64,000 nt of DNA from Thermoanaerobaculia bacterium. GTDB lineage: Bacteria > Acidobacteriota > Thermoanaerobaculia > Multivoradales > JAGPDF01. How positions within the stretch are numbered: position 1 is the stretch's first letter; the number at the start of each line of letters is the position of its first letter. The notes beneath the pieces are model-generated. The model did not search any database, had not been told where the DNA came from, and worked only from the letters and a program-made list of their open reading frames with translations. The translations under genes and the position numbers were made by a program. Below are positions 1 to 8,837 of the stretch, one piece after another. The stretch lies in NCBI GenBank assembly GCA_963699245.1, contig OY969426.1:2030998-2094997 (forward strand), given 5' to 3'.

Positions 1-1923
1 CTGCGCGGCGCCAGCCGCGAGGCCGTAGACGTTGAGGACCATCCGGCCGCTCTTGCCGCGGCCGATGGCGGCCATCGGATCGGGCAGGAAGAACTCCTGT
101 CCGGCCGCGAAGGGGAACGGGAGCCCCTTGGTCTTCTCGGCGCTCGCTGCCGAGCGGACGACCAGCCCCTGGGTCATCGGCGTCGGTATCACCGGAGAGA
201 CCGCCACCAGCTCGCCCGGCCCGAAGGCGGGCACCTCGATGGCGCTGTGCTCGAGCCAGTAGTCCCCCTTGTCGCCGATCCGCACGAGGGTGCGCAGGGC
301 GTAGCTGCCCGGTGGCAGGCGCAGGTCGCCGACGAAACGGAGCGTGGCGCCCTGCAGACGGGGACCGACCTGGGCGGCGTCGAGCTGCAATCCCTGCGCG
401 ACGAAATCGACGATCGCGCCGGCAGGATCGAAAGCGTAGGCGTAGACCGCGAGCGGGATGCCGGCTCCCGTCTTCGCGCCGAGCAACGCGCTGCCGGGTA
501 CCTCCAGCACCACCGGCACGTGCATCTGCCGCCCTTCGCCGCGGAAGACCGGCGCCGTCACAGCGGCGTCCAGCGCGCCTCCGGGCTCGCCGGAGAGCAG
601 GAGCTGCGCCGTCTCCATCTTCTGCTCCGCGCCGCCACGCTGATCGAAGGGCTTGGGCGCGAAGTAGCCGGGGCGCGCCACGACTTTGGCGCCGCTCGGT
701 CCGTTCCTGAGCTTCACCTTGAGGTCGTGAAACTTGCCGTCCCACTTCAGGTCGTCGGGCTGGATGGTCAGGACGTAGGTGACGCTCGTCGCCTCGAGCA
801 TCTTGTTCATCGCCTGGCCGAGGTCGTTGAAGTTGTCGTAGAACTGACCGCCGGTGTCCTTGGCCATGGTCAGCATGGTGTCGCGCCCGGAGGGACGCGC
901 GAAGCCGGTCGCGTCGCCGCCGGCCGCCATGCCGCCGATATCGACCGCCTGGATGGCGCAGTCGGCGCGGCGGAAGGTGATCAGCATTTGTTCGAGCTGG
1001 TTGGTGAGCTGCGTATTGCCGAAGCGCTCCTCGGAGTTGACGTTCCAGGTCTCGCCGCTCTCGACAGCCGCCGAAGCCGCCGCCTCGACCGACGGGTCGG
1101 TCGAGCCGACGAGAAGGGACGAATCGAAGCCCTGCGACAGCAGCACGACGTACTTGCGGCCGACCAGCGTCGACATCAGCTGCGCCATCGAGCCGAAGCC
1201 CTGGGTGAACGCCTTCACCTCGTCACCCTTGACCTGGCGCGCCGAGGCGCGCTCGGTGGCCGCGAAGTCGCGCAGGTTGTCGAGGAACATCTGATCCTTC
1301 TCCGCCGCGCCGATCCCCTGTCCGCCGGCACCCCCCGACGGCGCCGGATTGTTGCGCTCGAGCGCGGCCAGCTGCAGGCCGAGCGGGTCGGGCGCGCGGT
1401 TGCGCAGTTCGACGACGCCGAGGTTTTCGACCGCGGCCTCGATCTGCCGGCGGTCGCTGGTGAAGCCGAGGATGAGCTTCGGCCCCTGGCTGTAGCTCCA
1501 GTTCGCGACGCCGACGAGGTCGCTCGGATGCAGGTTCTTGATCACCAGGTCGCGCGCGGCGCCGCGGGCGCGGGTCATCGCCGCCGGATCCGAGTTCGAG
1601 AGATCGAAGAGGAGCAGGAAGTAGCGGCGGCCGGCGGCCGGAATTTCGGTCGAGACGGCGGCCGGGCGCCCGTGGTCGGTCTGCGCGACGGCCAGGTCGA
1701 CGACGTCGAAGCCGACGATCGGCCGGCTCTTGCGTCCTTCGCTGACTTCGAAGTTCTCCTTGGTCAGCCCTTTGACCGGCTCGCCGTCGACCAGGACCTG
1801 GACCGGAATCTCGACCGCGACGACGTTGGTCTCTTCTCCGAAGCGGGGACTCTGCGAGAGGGCGGCCGAGGCGGCGGCGACGGCGACGAGGCTCCAGGCG
1901 GCGATGCGAACGGGCGATTTCAT
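1..1923 (-). CDS. VWA (von Willebrand A) domain secreted protein, acidobacterial VWFA-related type; C-terminus lies beyond the window start
   Basis: Absent from the supplied ORF track because no stop lies inside the window. Reverse-strand ATG at 1921-1923 opens an unbroken 641-codon frame down to nt 1 (MKSPVRIAAWSLVAVAAASAALSQSPRFGEETNVVAVEIPVQVLVDGEPVKGLTKENFEVSEGRKSRPIVGFDVVDL...). Signal peptide, DxSxS MIDAS-like motif (LLFDLSNSD), ...YVVLLSQGFD. Collinear with the paralog at 1964-4144, with G/C-dominated third positions. Track ORF 247-2049(+) is its antisense shadow. Confidence 0.75.
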   Translation of the reverse strand, partial: MKSPVRIAAWSLVAVAAASAALSQSPRFGEETNVVAVEIPVQVLVDGEPVKGLTKENFEVSEGRKSRPIVGFDVVDLAVAQTDHGRPAAVSTEIPAAGRRYFLLLFDLSNSDPAAMTRARGAARDLVIKNLHPSDLVGVANWSYSQGPKLILGFTSDRRQIEAAVENLGVVELRNRAPDPLGLQLAALERNNPAPSGGAGGQGIGAAEKDQMFLDNLRDFAATERASARQVKGDEVKAFTQGFGSMAQLMSTLVGRKYVVLLSQGFDSSLLVGSTDPSVEAAASAAVESGETWNVNSEERFGNTQLTNQLEQMLITFRRADCAIQAVDIGGMAAGGDATGFARPSGRDTMLTMAKDTGGQFYDNFNDLGQAMNKMLEATSVTYVLTIQPDDLKWDGKFHDLKVKLRNGPSGAKVVARPGYFAPKPFDQRGGAEQKMETAQLLLSGEPGGALDAAVTAPVFRGEGRQMHVPVVLEVPGSALLGAKTGAGIPLAVYAYAFDPAGAIVDFVAQGLQLDAAQVGPRLQGATLRFVGDLRLPPGSYALRTLVRIGDKGDYWLEHSAIEVPAFGPGELVAVSPVIPTPMTQGLVVRSAASAEKTKGLPFPFAAGQEFFLPDPMAAIGRGKSGRMVLNVYGLAAGAAQ

Positions 1924-1963
1924 CCAGGCTCTCCCTTCCCGGCGCGCTTCCGCGCGCCCGGGC

Positions 1964-4144
1964 TCAAGTGTCGATGCGCAAGCTCGTTTCGGTCGAAGCG
2001 ATGGCCTGGCCGCTGCGGCGGTCGCGGATCTGCAGCCGCAGGCGGCTGACTCCCGCCGGCCGGCCGGCCAGGTCGAGCTGGGCGAGCCACTGCCGGTAGC
2101 CGGCGACGCCGGTCTCGCGCCGCTCGGCGGCCAGAGCGGCGGGTTGCTCGCCCGCCTCGCTCAGCCAGCTCGCCACCACTTCGATGTCGTCATCCGTCAG
2201 GTTGTAGCCGGCGAGGAAGAAGCGCGGCCGCTCGCCGGTCTTGAAGCGCGCTTCGGCGCGCGGAACGAAGGGCTCGCCGCCGACGACGAACGGGTAGATC
2301 ACGCTGCCGTCCGGGCTCGCCTCGCGCTCGCGCACCAGGTTCCAGCGCCCGGGCGCGTCGAAGAAGAAGGGTGGCAGCAGAGCCGGGTGCGCGCTCGCGT
2401 AATCGGGTACGCGCAGCGGCATCACCGCGACGCCGAGGCGCCCGCTGTCGTCGTCGCGCACCAGAACCCGGAGCTGATAGTTGCCGGTCGGCAGCTCGAC
2501 GTGGCCGTAGTACTTCAGGCCGCCGCGCGCCAGCGCGTCGCCACCCGAGCGCGTGTCGATGCCGAGCTCGCGGTGGAAGAAAGCGCGGAACTCGCCGTCG
2601 CTCGTGGTCGCGTAGGCGTAGAGATCGAGCCGGTAGCGCGACGCCTTGGTGGCGAGCAGGCTGGCGCCGTCGATCTCGAGGATCACCGGCACATAGGCCG
2701 GCCCGGCGCCGGCGCGGAAGGGCGCCGCGAGGATCGACAGCCCGATCTCGTTCCGCGGCTGCGCCAGCGCGATCGCGTCGGCGGTCAGCAGGTCCCGCTC
2801 GAGCGGGTGAATCTCCTGGTAGGGACGGGGCGCATACCAGCCGGCGCGGGAGAAGACCTTGTACCCCTTGCCGCCGACGAGCTCGACCGCCAGTCGGCGC
2901 CAGGCGCCGTTCATCGGCACGTCGTTCGCCTCGAAGGTCAGCACATAGCTGACCTCGGTGCGCTGGAGCACGTCGCGCATCTGCCCCGCCAAGTCGTTGG
3001 CGTCTGAGAAGAACTGCCCGCCGCTCTCGTTGGCGAGGAAGAAGAGCCCGTCCTCGCCCTGGCTCCGTCCGATGCGCTGCCCCTCGCCCGCGGCGCGCAG
3101 GCCGCCGATGTTGACCGAGTGCACCACGCAGTCGGCGCGCTTGAGCTGCTGGATCATGCGCTGGGAATCGTTGAGCAGCGTCGTGTTGCCGTAGCGCAGG
3201 TCGTTGTCGACGCGCCAGATCTCCCCCGCGTTGGCGTTGAAGCTCTCCTGGCCGACGTCGGGATCGGTGAGGTCGCTGCGGCCGAGCAGCAGCCGGCTGT
3301 CGAATCCCTCCGAGAAGAGAAGGATCTGCTTGCGCCCTTCGATGGCGGCGAGGTAGCGCCCCAGGTCGCCGAGGTCACGCATCCAGTTCGACACGCGCGA
3401 AGCCTCGTAGCGCCGGCCCTCGCGCGCCGCCACCTCGGCCTGGATGGTCGCCGTCTCGCCGCCGATCTGCTCGATCTCGCGGCGCGTCTCTCCGGCGAGC
3501 CCCTCGCGCGAGGTGGCGGCCTCGGCGCCGGTGGCGCCGGCGAAGGGAAGCAGGAAGCGCAGCGGATCGAGGGCGCGGGCCTCGCTGGTGCGGTCGAACG
3601 ACAGGCCGTCGATGGCGCGCGCGACCTGCGCGCGGTCCGGAGTGAAGGTCACCAGCAGGCGCGGTCCGGTCTCGATCGAGAAGGTCGCCACCGCCACGAG
3701 ATCGCTCGGGTGGAGGGACTCGAGGACCATCTGGCGCGCCGCGACGCGGGCCTTGCCGACCGCGATCGGGCTCGAGAAGCTGAGGTCGAACAGCAGCAGC
3801 ACGTGGCGGGGCTGGAGAACCGGCGGCGCCGGAGCGGCGCCGGGCGACGCCTCGCCGGTCGAGACCGCGAGGTCGACCACTTCGAATTGCGTGATCTCGC
3901 GCGGCTTCCCGTCGTCGACGATCCGGAAGTCCTTGCGCTCGAGCCCGCGCACCGGATGCCCCTCGCGGTCGCGGACCTCGACCGGGATCTGGACCTCCAC
4001 GACGTCCATGCGCTCCTCGAAATTCCGCGGCTCCGCGGCCGGCTTGGCCGGCGCGGCCGGAAGCGGCAGCGAGCCGAAGGCGACCGCCGACGCCGCGAGG
4101 GCGGCGACGGCGGCGAGAAGGCGGCGACGACGCGGGAATCTCAT
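1964..4144 (-). CDS. VWA domain secreted protein, acidobacterial VWFA-related type (paralog of 1-1923)
   Basis: Frame of track ORF 1964-5446. Start taken at ATG 4142-4144 (MRFPRRRRLLAAVAALAASAVAFGSLPLPAAPA, signal peptide), which overlaps the upstream stop as ATGA. N-terminal VVEVQIPVEVRDREGHPVRGLERKDFRIVDDGKPREITQFEVVDL, MIDAS DxSxS (LLFDLSFSS), ...ILLFSEGFD. The family assignment (TIGR03436-like) comes from recalled family pattern, not from a search. Confidence 0.8.
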   Translation of the reverse strand: MRFPRRRRLLAAVAALAASAVAFGSLPLPAAPAKPAAEPRNFEERMDVVEVQIPVEVRDREGHPVRGLERKDFRIVDDGKPREITQFEVVDLAVSTGEASPGAAPAPPVLQPRHVLLLFDLSFSSPIAVGKARVAARQMVLESLHPSDLVAVATFSIETGPRLLVTFTPDRAQVARAIDGLSFDRTSEARALDPLRFLLPFAGATGAEAATSREGLAGETRREIEQIGGETATIQAEVAAREGRRYEASRVSNWMRDLGDLGRYLAAIEGRKQILLFSEGFDSRLLLGRSDLTDPDVGQESFNANAGEIWRVDNDLRYGNTTLLNDSQRMIQQLKRADCVVHSVNIGGLRAAGEGQRIGRSQGEDGLFFLANESGGQFFSDANDLAGQMRDVLQRTEVSYVLTFEANDVPMNGAWRRLAVELVGGKGYKVFSRAGWYAPRPYQEIHPLERDLLTADAIALAQPRNEIGLSILAAPFRAGAGPAYVPVILEIDGASLLATKASRYRLDLYAYATTSDGEFRAFFHRELGIDTRSGGDALARGGLKYYGHVELPTGNYQLRVLVRDDDSGRLGVAVMPLRVPDYASAHPALLPPFFFDAPGRWNLVREREASPDGSVIYPFVVGGEPFVPRAEARFKTGERPRFFLAGYNLTDDDIEVVASWLSEAGEQPAALAAERRETGVAGYRQWLAQLDLAGRPAGVSRLRLQIRDRRSGQAIASTETSLRIDT

Positions 4145-5241
4145 TTGCTCAGCATGGCCAGCAACTGCCGTGCCTCCGGATGCGTGGCGTCGAGCTTCAG
4201 CGCCCTCTCGACGTGGTAGCGGGCGCGATCGAGGTCGCCGACCGCGAGGTAAACCTGCGCCAGTCCGACGTGGACCTCGGGGAGCTCCGACTCGCGGCGC
4301 AGGGCCTCGACCATGTACTCGAGCGCCTTCTGCGTTTCGCCGCGCGCCAGCGCCTCCTGGCCGCGGTAGAGGTAGAAGAAGGGGTTCGAAACCTTGAGCT
4401 CCTCGAGGTGGGCGAGCAGGGGCTCGGCCTCGTTTCGCCGTCCGGTCTGCTGCAGGAGGCGCAGCAGGTTGGTCATCAGCGCCGGATTGTCCGGCTCGAC
4501 CTCGAGACCGCGGCGATAGGCCGACTCGGCGCCCGCGGTGTCTCCGGCCCGCATCCGGGCCACGCCGAGATTGTTGATCGCCTTCGAGAAGCGCGGCGCG
4601 ATCTCGGTGGCGGTGCGGATCAGCTCCGCGGCGCGGGCGGTGTCGCCGTCGAGGAGCGCCTCGGCGCCGAGGTTGTTGTAGAAGTGCGCCGTCGCCGTGA
4701 CGTCGTCGATCGGCTGGAAGTCGCGGTAGGACTTGGGGCTGTAAGGCATGAAGTCGTAGGTGCGCAGGTGGCCGGCGACGTTCATGCCGGCCACGATGTG
4801 CCCCTGGCTGAGCACCGTTCCCTGCGCGTAGCTCCAGCGCTGCGCGTCGACGACCTCGACGTAAAAGGCGTTCAGGCGGTTGGCGCGCGCGATGCCGACG
4901 AAGAGATTGACGAAGGAGAGGCAGTTGCCCTCGCGCGCCTTGAAGGTCGCCACCGCGTTGCGGGTCGGCCGCAGCCGGTACTGCAGGTCGAGATCGTAGA
5001 AGACGAAGTCGACGATGTCGGCGGCACGCCGCTCCTCCCCGCCGCTCGGCTTGAGCCGCGTCGCCAGGTAGTCGCGCAGGCTCTGGTCGAGCTCGAACGG
5101 GACGCCGATGGCGTTCGCCCGCTCGGCTCCGAGCCGCTTGGCGAGCTCCTGGCGCAGGTAGGCGGTCGAATCGAACGGCTGATACTGGGTGCATCCGCCC
5201 GCGAAGAGAGCAACGAGCAGGAGTGCACGAGCGACGCGCAT
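4141..5241 (-). CDS. Transglutaminase-like (Cys-His-Asp) domain + TPR lipoprotein
   Basis: Frame of track ORF 4141-5457; start at ATG 5239-5241 (73rd codon). MRVARALLLVALFAGGC is a lipoprotein signal with lipobox. Transglutaminase-like core visible (REGNCLSFVNLF ... GHIVAGMNV ... TYDF), followed by TPR-type repeats (AINNLGVARMRAGD, LYRGQEALARGE, GLAQVYLAVGD). Confidence 0.8.
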   Translation of the reverse strand: MRVARALLLVALFAGGCTQYQPFDSTAYLRQELAKRLGAERANAIGVPFELDQSLRDYLATRLKPSGGEERRAADIVDFVFYDLDLQYRLRPTRNAVATFKAREGNCLSFVNLFVGIARANRLNAFYVEVVDAQRWSYAQGTVLSQGHIVAGMNVAGHLRTYDFMPYSPKSYRDFQPIDDVTATAHFYNNLGAEALLDGDTARAAELIRTATEIAPRFSKAINNLGVARMRAGDTAGAESAYRRGLEVEPDNPALMTNLLRLLQQTGRRNEAEPLLAHLEELKVSNPFFYLYRGQEALARGETQKALEYMVEALRRESELPEVHVGLAQVYLAVGDLDRARYHVERALKLDATHPEARQLLAMLSK

Positions 5242-5376
5242 GAAGCGGCAAGTGTGTCCGCCGCCCGGCCCGAAAGCAACTGTGAAATCCGGCGGTTGGG
5301 GCCGCCCCGCGAAGCGGAAAATCGGACGGCGATGGCGGCAAAATCCAGGAATTTGAACGGGTTGGGACGGATTGCC

Positions 5377-5393
5377 GAATTTCGGGGAAATTC
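5377..5393. promoter_or_regulatory. Perfect 7-3-7 inverted repeat GAATTTC-GGG-GAAATTC (candidate operator) in a divergent intergenic region
   Basis: Read directly in the 407-nt, visibly AT-richer spacer between the divergent genes ending at 5241(-) and starting at 5649(+). Related half-sites lie nearby (GGAATTT ~5348-5354; GAATTCCGGAAC 5417-5428, which contains the palindrome TTCCGGAA). No binding protein can be inferred. Confidence 0.3.
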
Positions 5394-5648
5394 TGATAGA
5401 AACGCGGGACCAAACTGAATTCCGGAACTCGTTGCCTCCACAGCAATTGCCGGTCACGGGTTCCTACCTGTTCACGGTGGTATCAGAGTTGCTCGTCACT
5501 CGGACGGAGCTTCACGTCCCAACAGGTCTTCCGACCTCGAAACGAAAGGAGGTGGCGCGGCACCCCGGCTTCGAAAACAATCGCGAGTTTCGATGTCGCA
5601 GTGAAGCGTCGTAGTTCTGTTCAACCCAAGGATGGAGGTTTTCAATCG

Positions 5649-8600
5649 ATGAATTGGCTTTCTAACTTCAAGCGCACCGTCGCGGTCGCTGGTCTCGCGC
5701 TCGTCGCGCTGAGCGGAGTTGCCTTCGCTCAGATCCAGACCGGCAACGTGTTCGGCAGCGTCGCCGACGACAAGGGCGCGGCCCTTCCCGGCGTGACCGT
5801 CACCCTCTCGGGCGGCGGCGCTCCGGTCGTCACCACCACGGACGCCGAGGGCAACTTCCGCTTCATCGGCGTCTCCCCGGGCATCTACAAGCTCGAGTCG
5901 ACCCTCGACGGCTTCAGCCCGGTGGTCTACGAAGAGGTCACGGTCAACGTCAACCGCAACACGACCCTGAACCTCACCATGAACGCCGCGGTCGCCGACG
6001 TGATCACGATCACCGGCGAGTCGCCGCTGCTCGACACGCGCAAGATCGCCACCGGCGCCACGGTCGACAAGACCGAGCTCGAGAAGATCCCCAGCGCGCG
6101 CGACCCCTGGGTCATCCTGCAGACCACCCCGGGCGTCCTCGTCGACCGCGTCAACGTCGGCGGCAACGAGTCGGGCCAGCAGTCGACCTACGTCGGCAAC
6201 GGCGACGACGGCCGCAACTCGAGCTGGGCGGTCGACGGCGTCGAGATCACCGACGTCGGCGCGATCGGCAGCTCGTCGTCGTACTACGACTTCGACGCCT
6301 TCGAGGAGATCAACGTCTCCACCGGCGGTTCCGACGCGGCGAGCCGCACCGGCGGCGTCGGCATCAACATGGTGACCAAGCGCGGCACCAACGAGTGGCG
6401 CGGCTCGGGCCGTTACATCACCGACAAGGACAGCTGGCAGTCCGACTTCGACCCGTCCACCGGCGACTTCGGCAAGGCCGGCCCGTGGAACCAGAACAAG
6501 GCCCAGAGCGTCTTCAAGCAGGGCAACCGGATCCAGAAGGTCGAGGACTACGGCGCCGAGGTCGGCGGTCCGATCGTCAAGGACAAGCTCTGGATCTGGG
6601 GCAGCTACGGCAAGAGCAAGATCAACCTGCTCACCGTGTCGGACTTCGCCGACAACACCCAGCTCGAGACGATCAACGGCAAGTTGAACTGGCAGATCGC
6701 CCAGAACAACTCGGCCTCGGTGTTCTACTCGAACAACGACAAGAACAAGCAGGGCCGTAACGCGAGCCCGACCCGCACGCAGCCGACCACCTGGAACCAG
6801 GGCGGCCTGTCGTCGGATCCGAAGCTGTTCAAGTTCTTCAACGAGCGGCCGACGATCATGAAGTTGGAGGACACCCACATCTTCGGGTCCAACTTCTTCC
6901 TGACCGGCATGTACTCCGAGGTCTCCGGCGGCTTCTACCTCACCCCGCAGGGCGGCATCGGCGACGCGCACGACAACGCCACGCTCAACCTGTCGACCGG
7001 CGTGTGGACGAAGACCTACATCGACTACTCGTCGTCCCGTCCGCAGGACCAGTACAAGGCCGACGGCTCGTACTTCTTCTCGACCGGGAACCTGAACCAC
7101 GAGCTGAAGTTCGGCGGCAACTACCGCAAGGCCCAGGTCCGCTCGATCTCGCGCTGGCCCGGCTTCGGCGTCGACTACGGCGTCGGCTCGACGACGTACC
7201 TCATCTACACCTCGGCCATCGCCGACGGCATCCTGAACTACGACGTCAAGTACGAGAACGCCTACATCCAGGACACCCTCACCACCGGCAACCTGACCGC
7301 CAACATCGGTCTGCGTTACGACGTGCAGAAGGGCGAGCAGACGGCCGGCTCGCTCCGTGCGGTGCCCGGCTTCGAGTCCTACCTGCCGGGCTACAGCTAC
7401 GGCGGCGGCAGCCCGGGCTTCGGCGACTGGAAGGACCTCCAGCCGCGGCTCGGCGTGACCTACGCTCTCGGCGCCGAGAAGAAGACGCTCCTGCGGGCCA
7501 GCTATTCGAAGTTCGTCGATCAGCTGTCCGGCGCGGCCGTCGGTCAGACCTACCCGATCTACCCGGCGCCGTACGTCGGCTTCTACGCCTACGACACCAA
7601 CGGCAACGGCAAGCTCGACCCGTCGGAGATCTCGGGCGGCTACTATGGCTGCTCGCTCCCCTGCGGCCACGGCCCGAACTGGAACCCGAACAACCCGGCC
7701 GTCCTCGCGCCGGCCTACGGCGTCGACAGCAACCTGAAGGCGCCCTCGACCGACGAGCTGGTGCTCGGCGTCGAGCACGCGCTGCTGCCCGAGTTCGTCA
7801 TCGGCTTCAACGTCACCTACCGCCAGATCAACGATCTGCTCCGGTACACGACGCTGGTGTTCGACGGCGATCCGTACTCGGCCGCCAACGCCCCGACCAT
7901 CGGCCGCAAGGTCACCGCGGCCGACTGGGTCGTCAACACCACGCACACGGTCGTGCTTCCTGACGGCAAGGTCCGCCAGGTGCCGATCTACTCGCTCCGG
8001 TCGGGCGTGAAGTCGCGCGGCGGCAGCTTCCTCGAGAACGGCGACGCTTCCCAGGATTACCTCGGGCTGGCGTTCACCTTCAACAAGCGCCTTTCGAACC
8101 GCTGGATGGCGCGCGGCAACTTCTCGTGGAACGACTGGAAGTGGAACGTCCCGTCGTCGGAGCAGGCTCTCGCTCCGCAGAACCCGGTCGGTGGCGGCAA
8201 TGACGGCGATCGCGTCGTCACCTGCGTCGGCTCGGGCTCGGGCGCCAAGGCCGGCATCTGTATCTCCAGCCAGTGGTCGTACTCGATGTCGGGCATGTAC
8301 CAGGTCGCGCCGGACAAGGCCTGGGGCTTCAACGTCGCCGCGGCGCTCAACGGGCGCCAGGGCTACTCGAACAACTACATCATCCGCGGACGGCGCTCGG
8401 GCTTCCCGCTGAGCTCCATTCTGACGTCGGCCACCGGCCGTCCGGATGACTACAAGAACGACGACGTGCACGTGCTGGACCTGCGGATCGAGAAGGAGTT
8501 CAAGTTCGACCGCGTCGGCCTGACCATCGGCGCCGACGTGTTCAACGCCCTGAACGCCTCGACGGTGCTGCAGCGCAACCTGCGCCTCGACTACCCGACC

Positions 8601-8699
8601 CGCACGGACTCGCGTGACTCCGCGACGACGGGCGACCACGTGGTCGAGGTTCTGTCGCCTCGCATCTTCCGTCTCGGCGCCAAGATCACCTTCAACTGA
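5649..8699 (+). CDS. Outer-membrane protein: carboxypeptidase-regulatory-like domain + TonB-dependent-receptor-like plug/beta-barrel
   Basis: Track ORF 5601-8699. Start preferred at ATG 5649 (17th codon) because GGAGG lies about 10 nt upstream. MNWLSNFKRTVAVAGLALVALSGVAFA is a signal peptide. GNVFGSVADDKGAALPGVTVTLSG...TDAEGNFRFIGVSPGIYKL is the CarboxypepD_reg fold. A plug-like segment follows (ITGESPLLDTRKIATGATVDKTELEKIP...PGV...VNVGGNESGQQ...VDGVEITD), then a long Gly/Tyr/Asn-rich barrel ending ...FRLGAKITFN. Confidence 0.85.
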   Translation: MNWLSNFKRTVAVAGLALVALSGVAFAQIQTGNVFGSVADDKGAALPGVTVTLSGGGAPVVTTTDAEGNFRFIGVSPGIYKLESTLDGFSPVVYEEVTVNVNRNTTLNLTMNAAVADVITITGESPLLDTRKIATGATVDKTELEKIPSARDPWVILQTTPGVLVDRVNVGGNESGQQSTYVGNGDDGRNSSWAVDGVEITDVGAIGSSSSYYDFDAFEEINVSTGGSDAASRTGGVGINMVTKRGTNEWRGSGRYITDKDSWQSDFDPSTGDFGKAGPWNQNKAQSVFKQGNRIQKVEDYGAEVGGPIVKDKLWIWGSYGKSKINLLTVSDFADNTQLETINGKLNWQIAQNNSASVFYSNNDKNKQGRNASPTRTQPTTWNQGGLSSDPKLFKFFNERPTIMKLEDTHIFGSNFFLTGMYSEVSGGFYLTPQGGIGDAHDNATLNLSTGVWTKTYIDYSSSRPQDQYKADGSYFFSTGNLNHELKFGGNYRKAQVRSISRWPGFGVDYGVGSTTYLIYTSAIADGILNYDVKYENAYIQDTLTTGNLTANIGLRYDVQKGEQTAGSLRAVPGFESYLPGYSYGGGSPGFGDWKDLQPRLGVTYALGAEKKTLLRASYSKFVDQLSGAAVGQTYPIYPAPYVGFYAYDTNGNGKLDPSEISGGYYGCSLPCGHGPNWNPNNPAVLAPAYGVDSNLKAPSTDELVLGVEHALLPEFVIGFNVTYRQINDLLRYTTLVFDGDPYSAANAPTIGRKVTAADWVVNTTHTVVLPDGKVRQVPIYSLRSGVKSRGGSFLENGDASQDYLGLAFTFNKRLSNRWMARGNFSWNDWKWNVPSSEQALAPQNPVGGGNDGDRVVTCVGSGSGAKAGICISSQWSYSMSGMYQVAPDKAWGFNVAAALNGRQGYSNNYIIRGRRSGFPLSSILTSATGRPDDYKNDDVHVLDLRIEKEFKFDRVGLTIGADVFNALNASTVLQRNLRLDYPTRTDSRDSATTGDHVVEVLSPRIFRLGAKITFN

Positions 8700-8728
8700 T
8701 CTAGGCACCGCAGCAGTTCGCCTGACGA

Positions 8729-8757
8729 CCGCCGGGGGCGACCCCGGCGGTTTTTTT
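8729..8757 (+). terminator. Rho-independent terminator after the OMP gene
   Basis: CCGCCGGGG-gcga-CCCCGGCGG (9-bp perfect GC stem, 4-nt loop) immediately followed by TTTTTTT, 30 nt after the stop at 8699. Confidence 0.85.
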
Positions 8758-8837
8758 ATTTGGCCGGGCGGACGCTAGACTTGGGCGGTCGAGAAGCCCG
8801 CGCGCCAGCCAGCAAGCCGCGCGCAAGGAGATTTCCC

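Noticed and set aside
247-2049. Long + strand ORF (600 aa) over the left end, plus the similar very long ORFs 5496-8708(-), 9659-12034(-), 11968-14016(-), 14744-18427(+), 17838-21035(-), 33410-36895(-), 37896-40919(-) and 52524-56225(+)
   Set aside because: Their translations are monotonous Arg/Ala/Gly/Pro/Asp strings with no recognisable motifs. They lie exactly antisense or out of frame to genes with clear domain signatures. In GC-saturated DNA, stop codons are rare in all six frames, so these are shadow ORFs.
5372-5614. 80-aa + strand ORF inside the divergent intergenic region (MPNFGEILIETRDQTEF...)
   Set aside because: It starts at TTG with no SD and has A/T-rich third positions, unlike every credible gene here. 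It overlaps the likely promoter/operator region and the OMP gene's 5' end.
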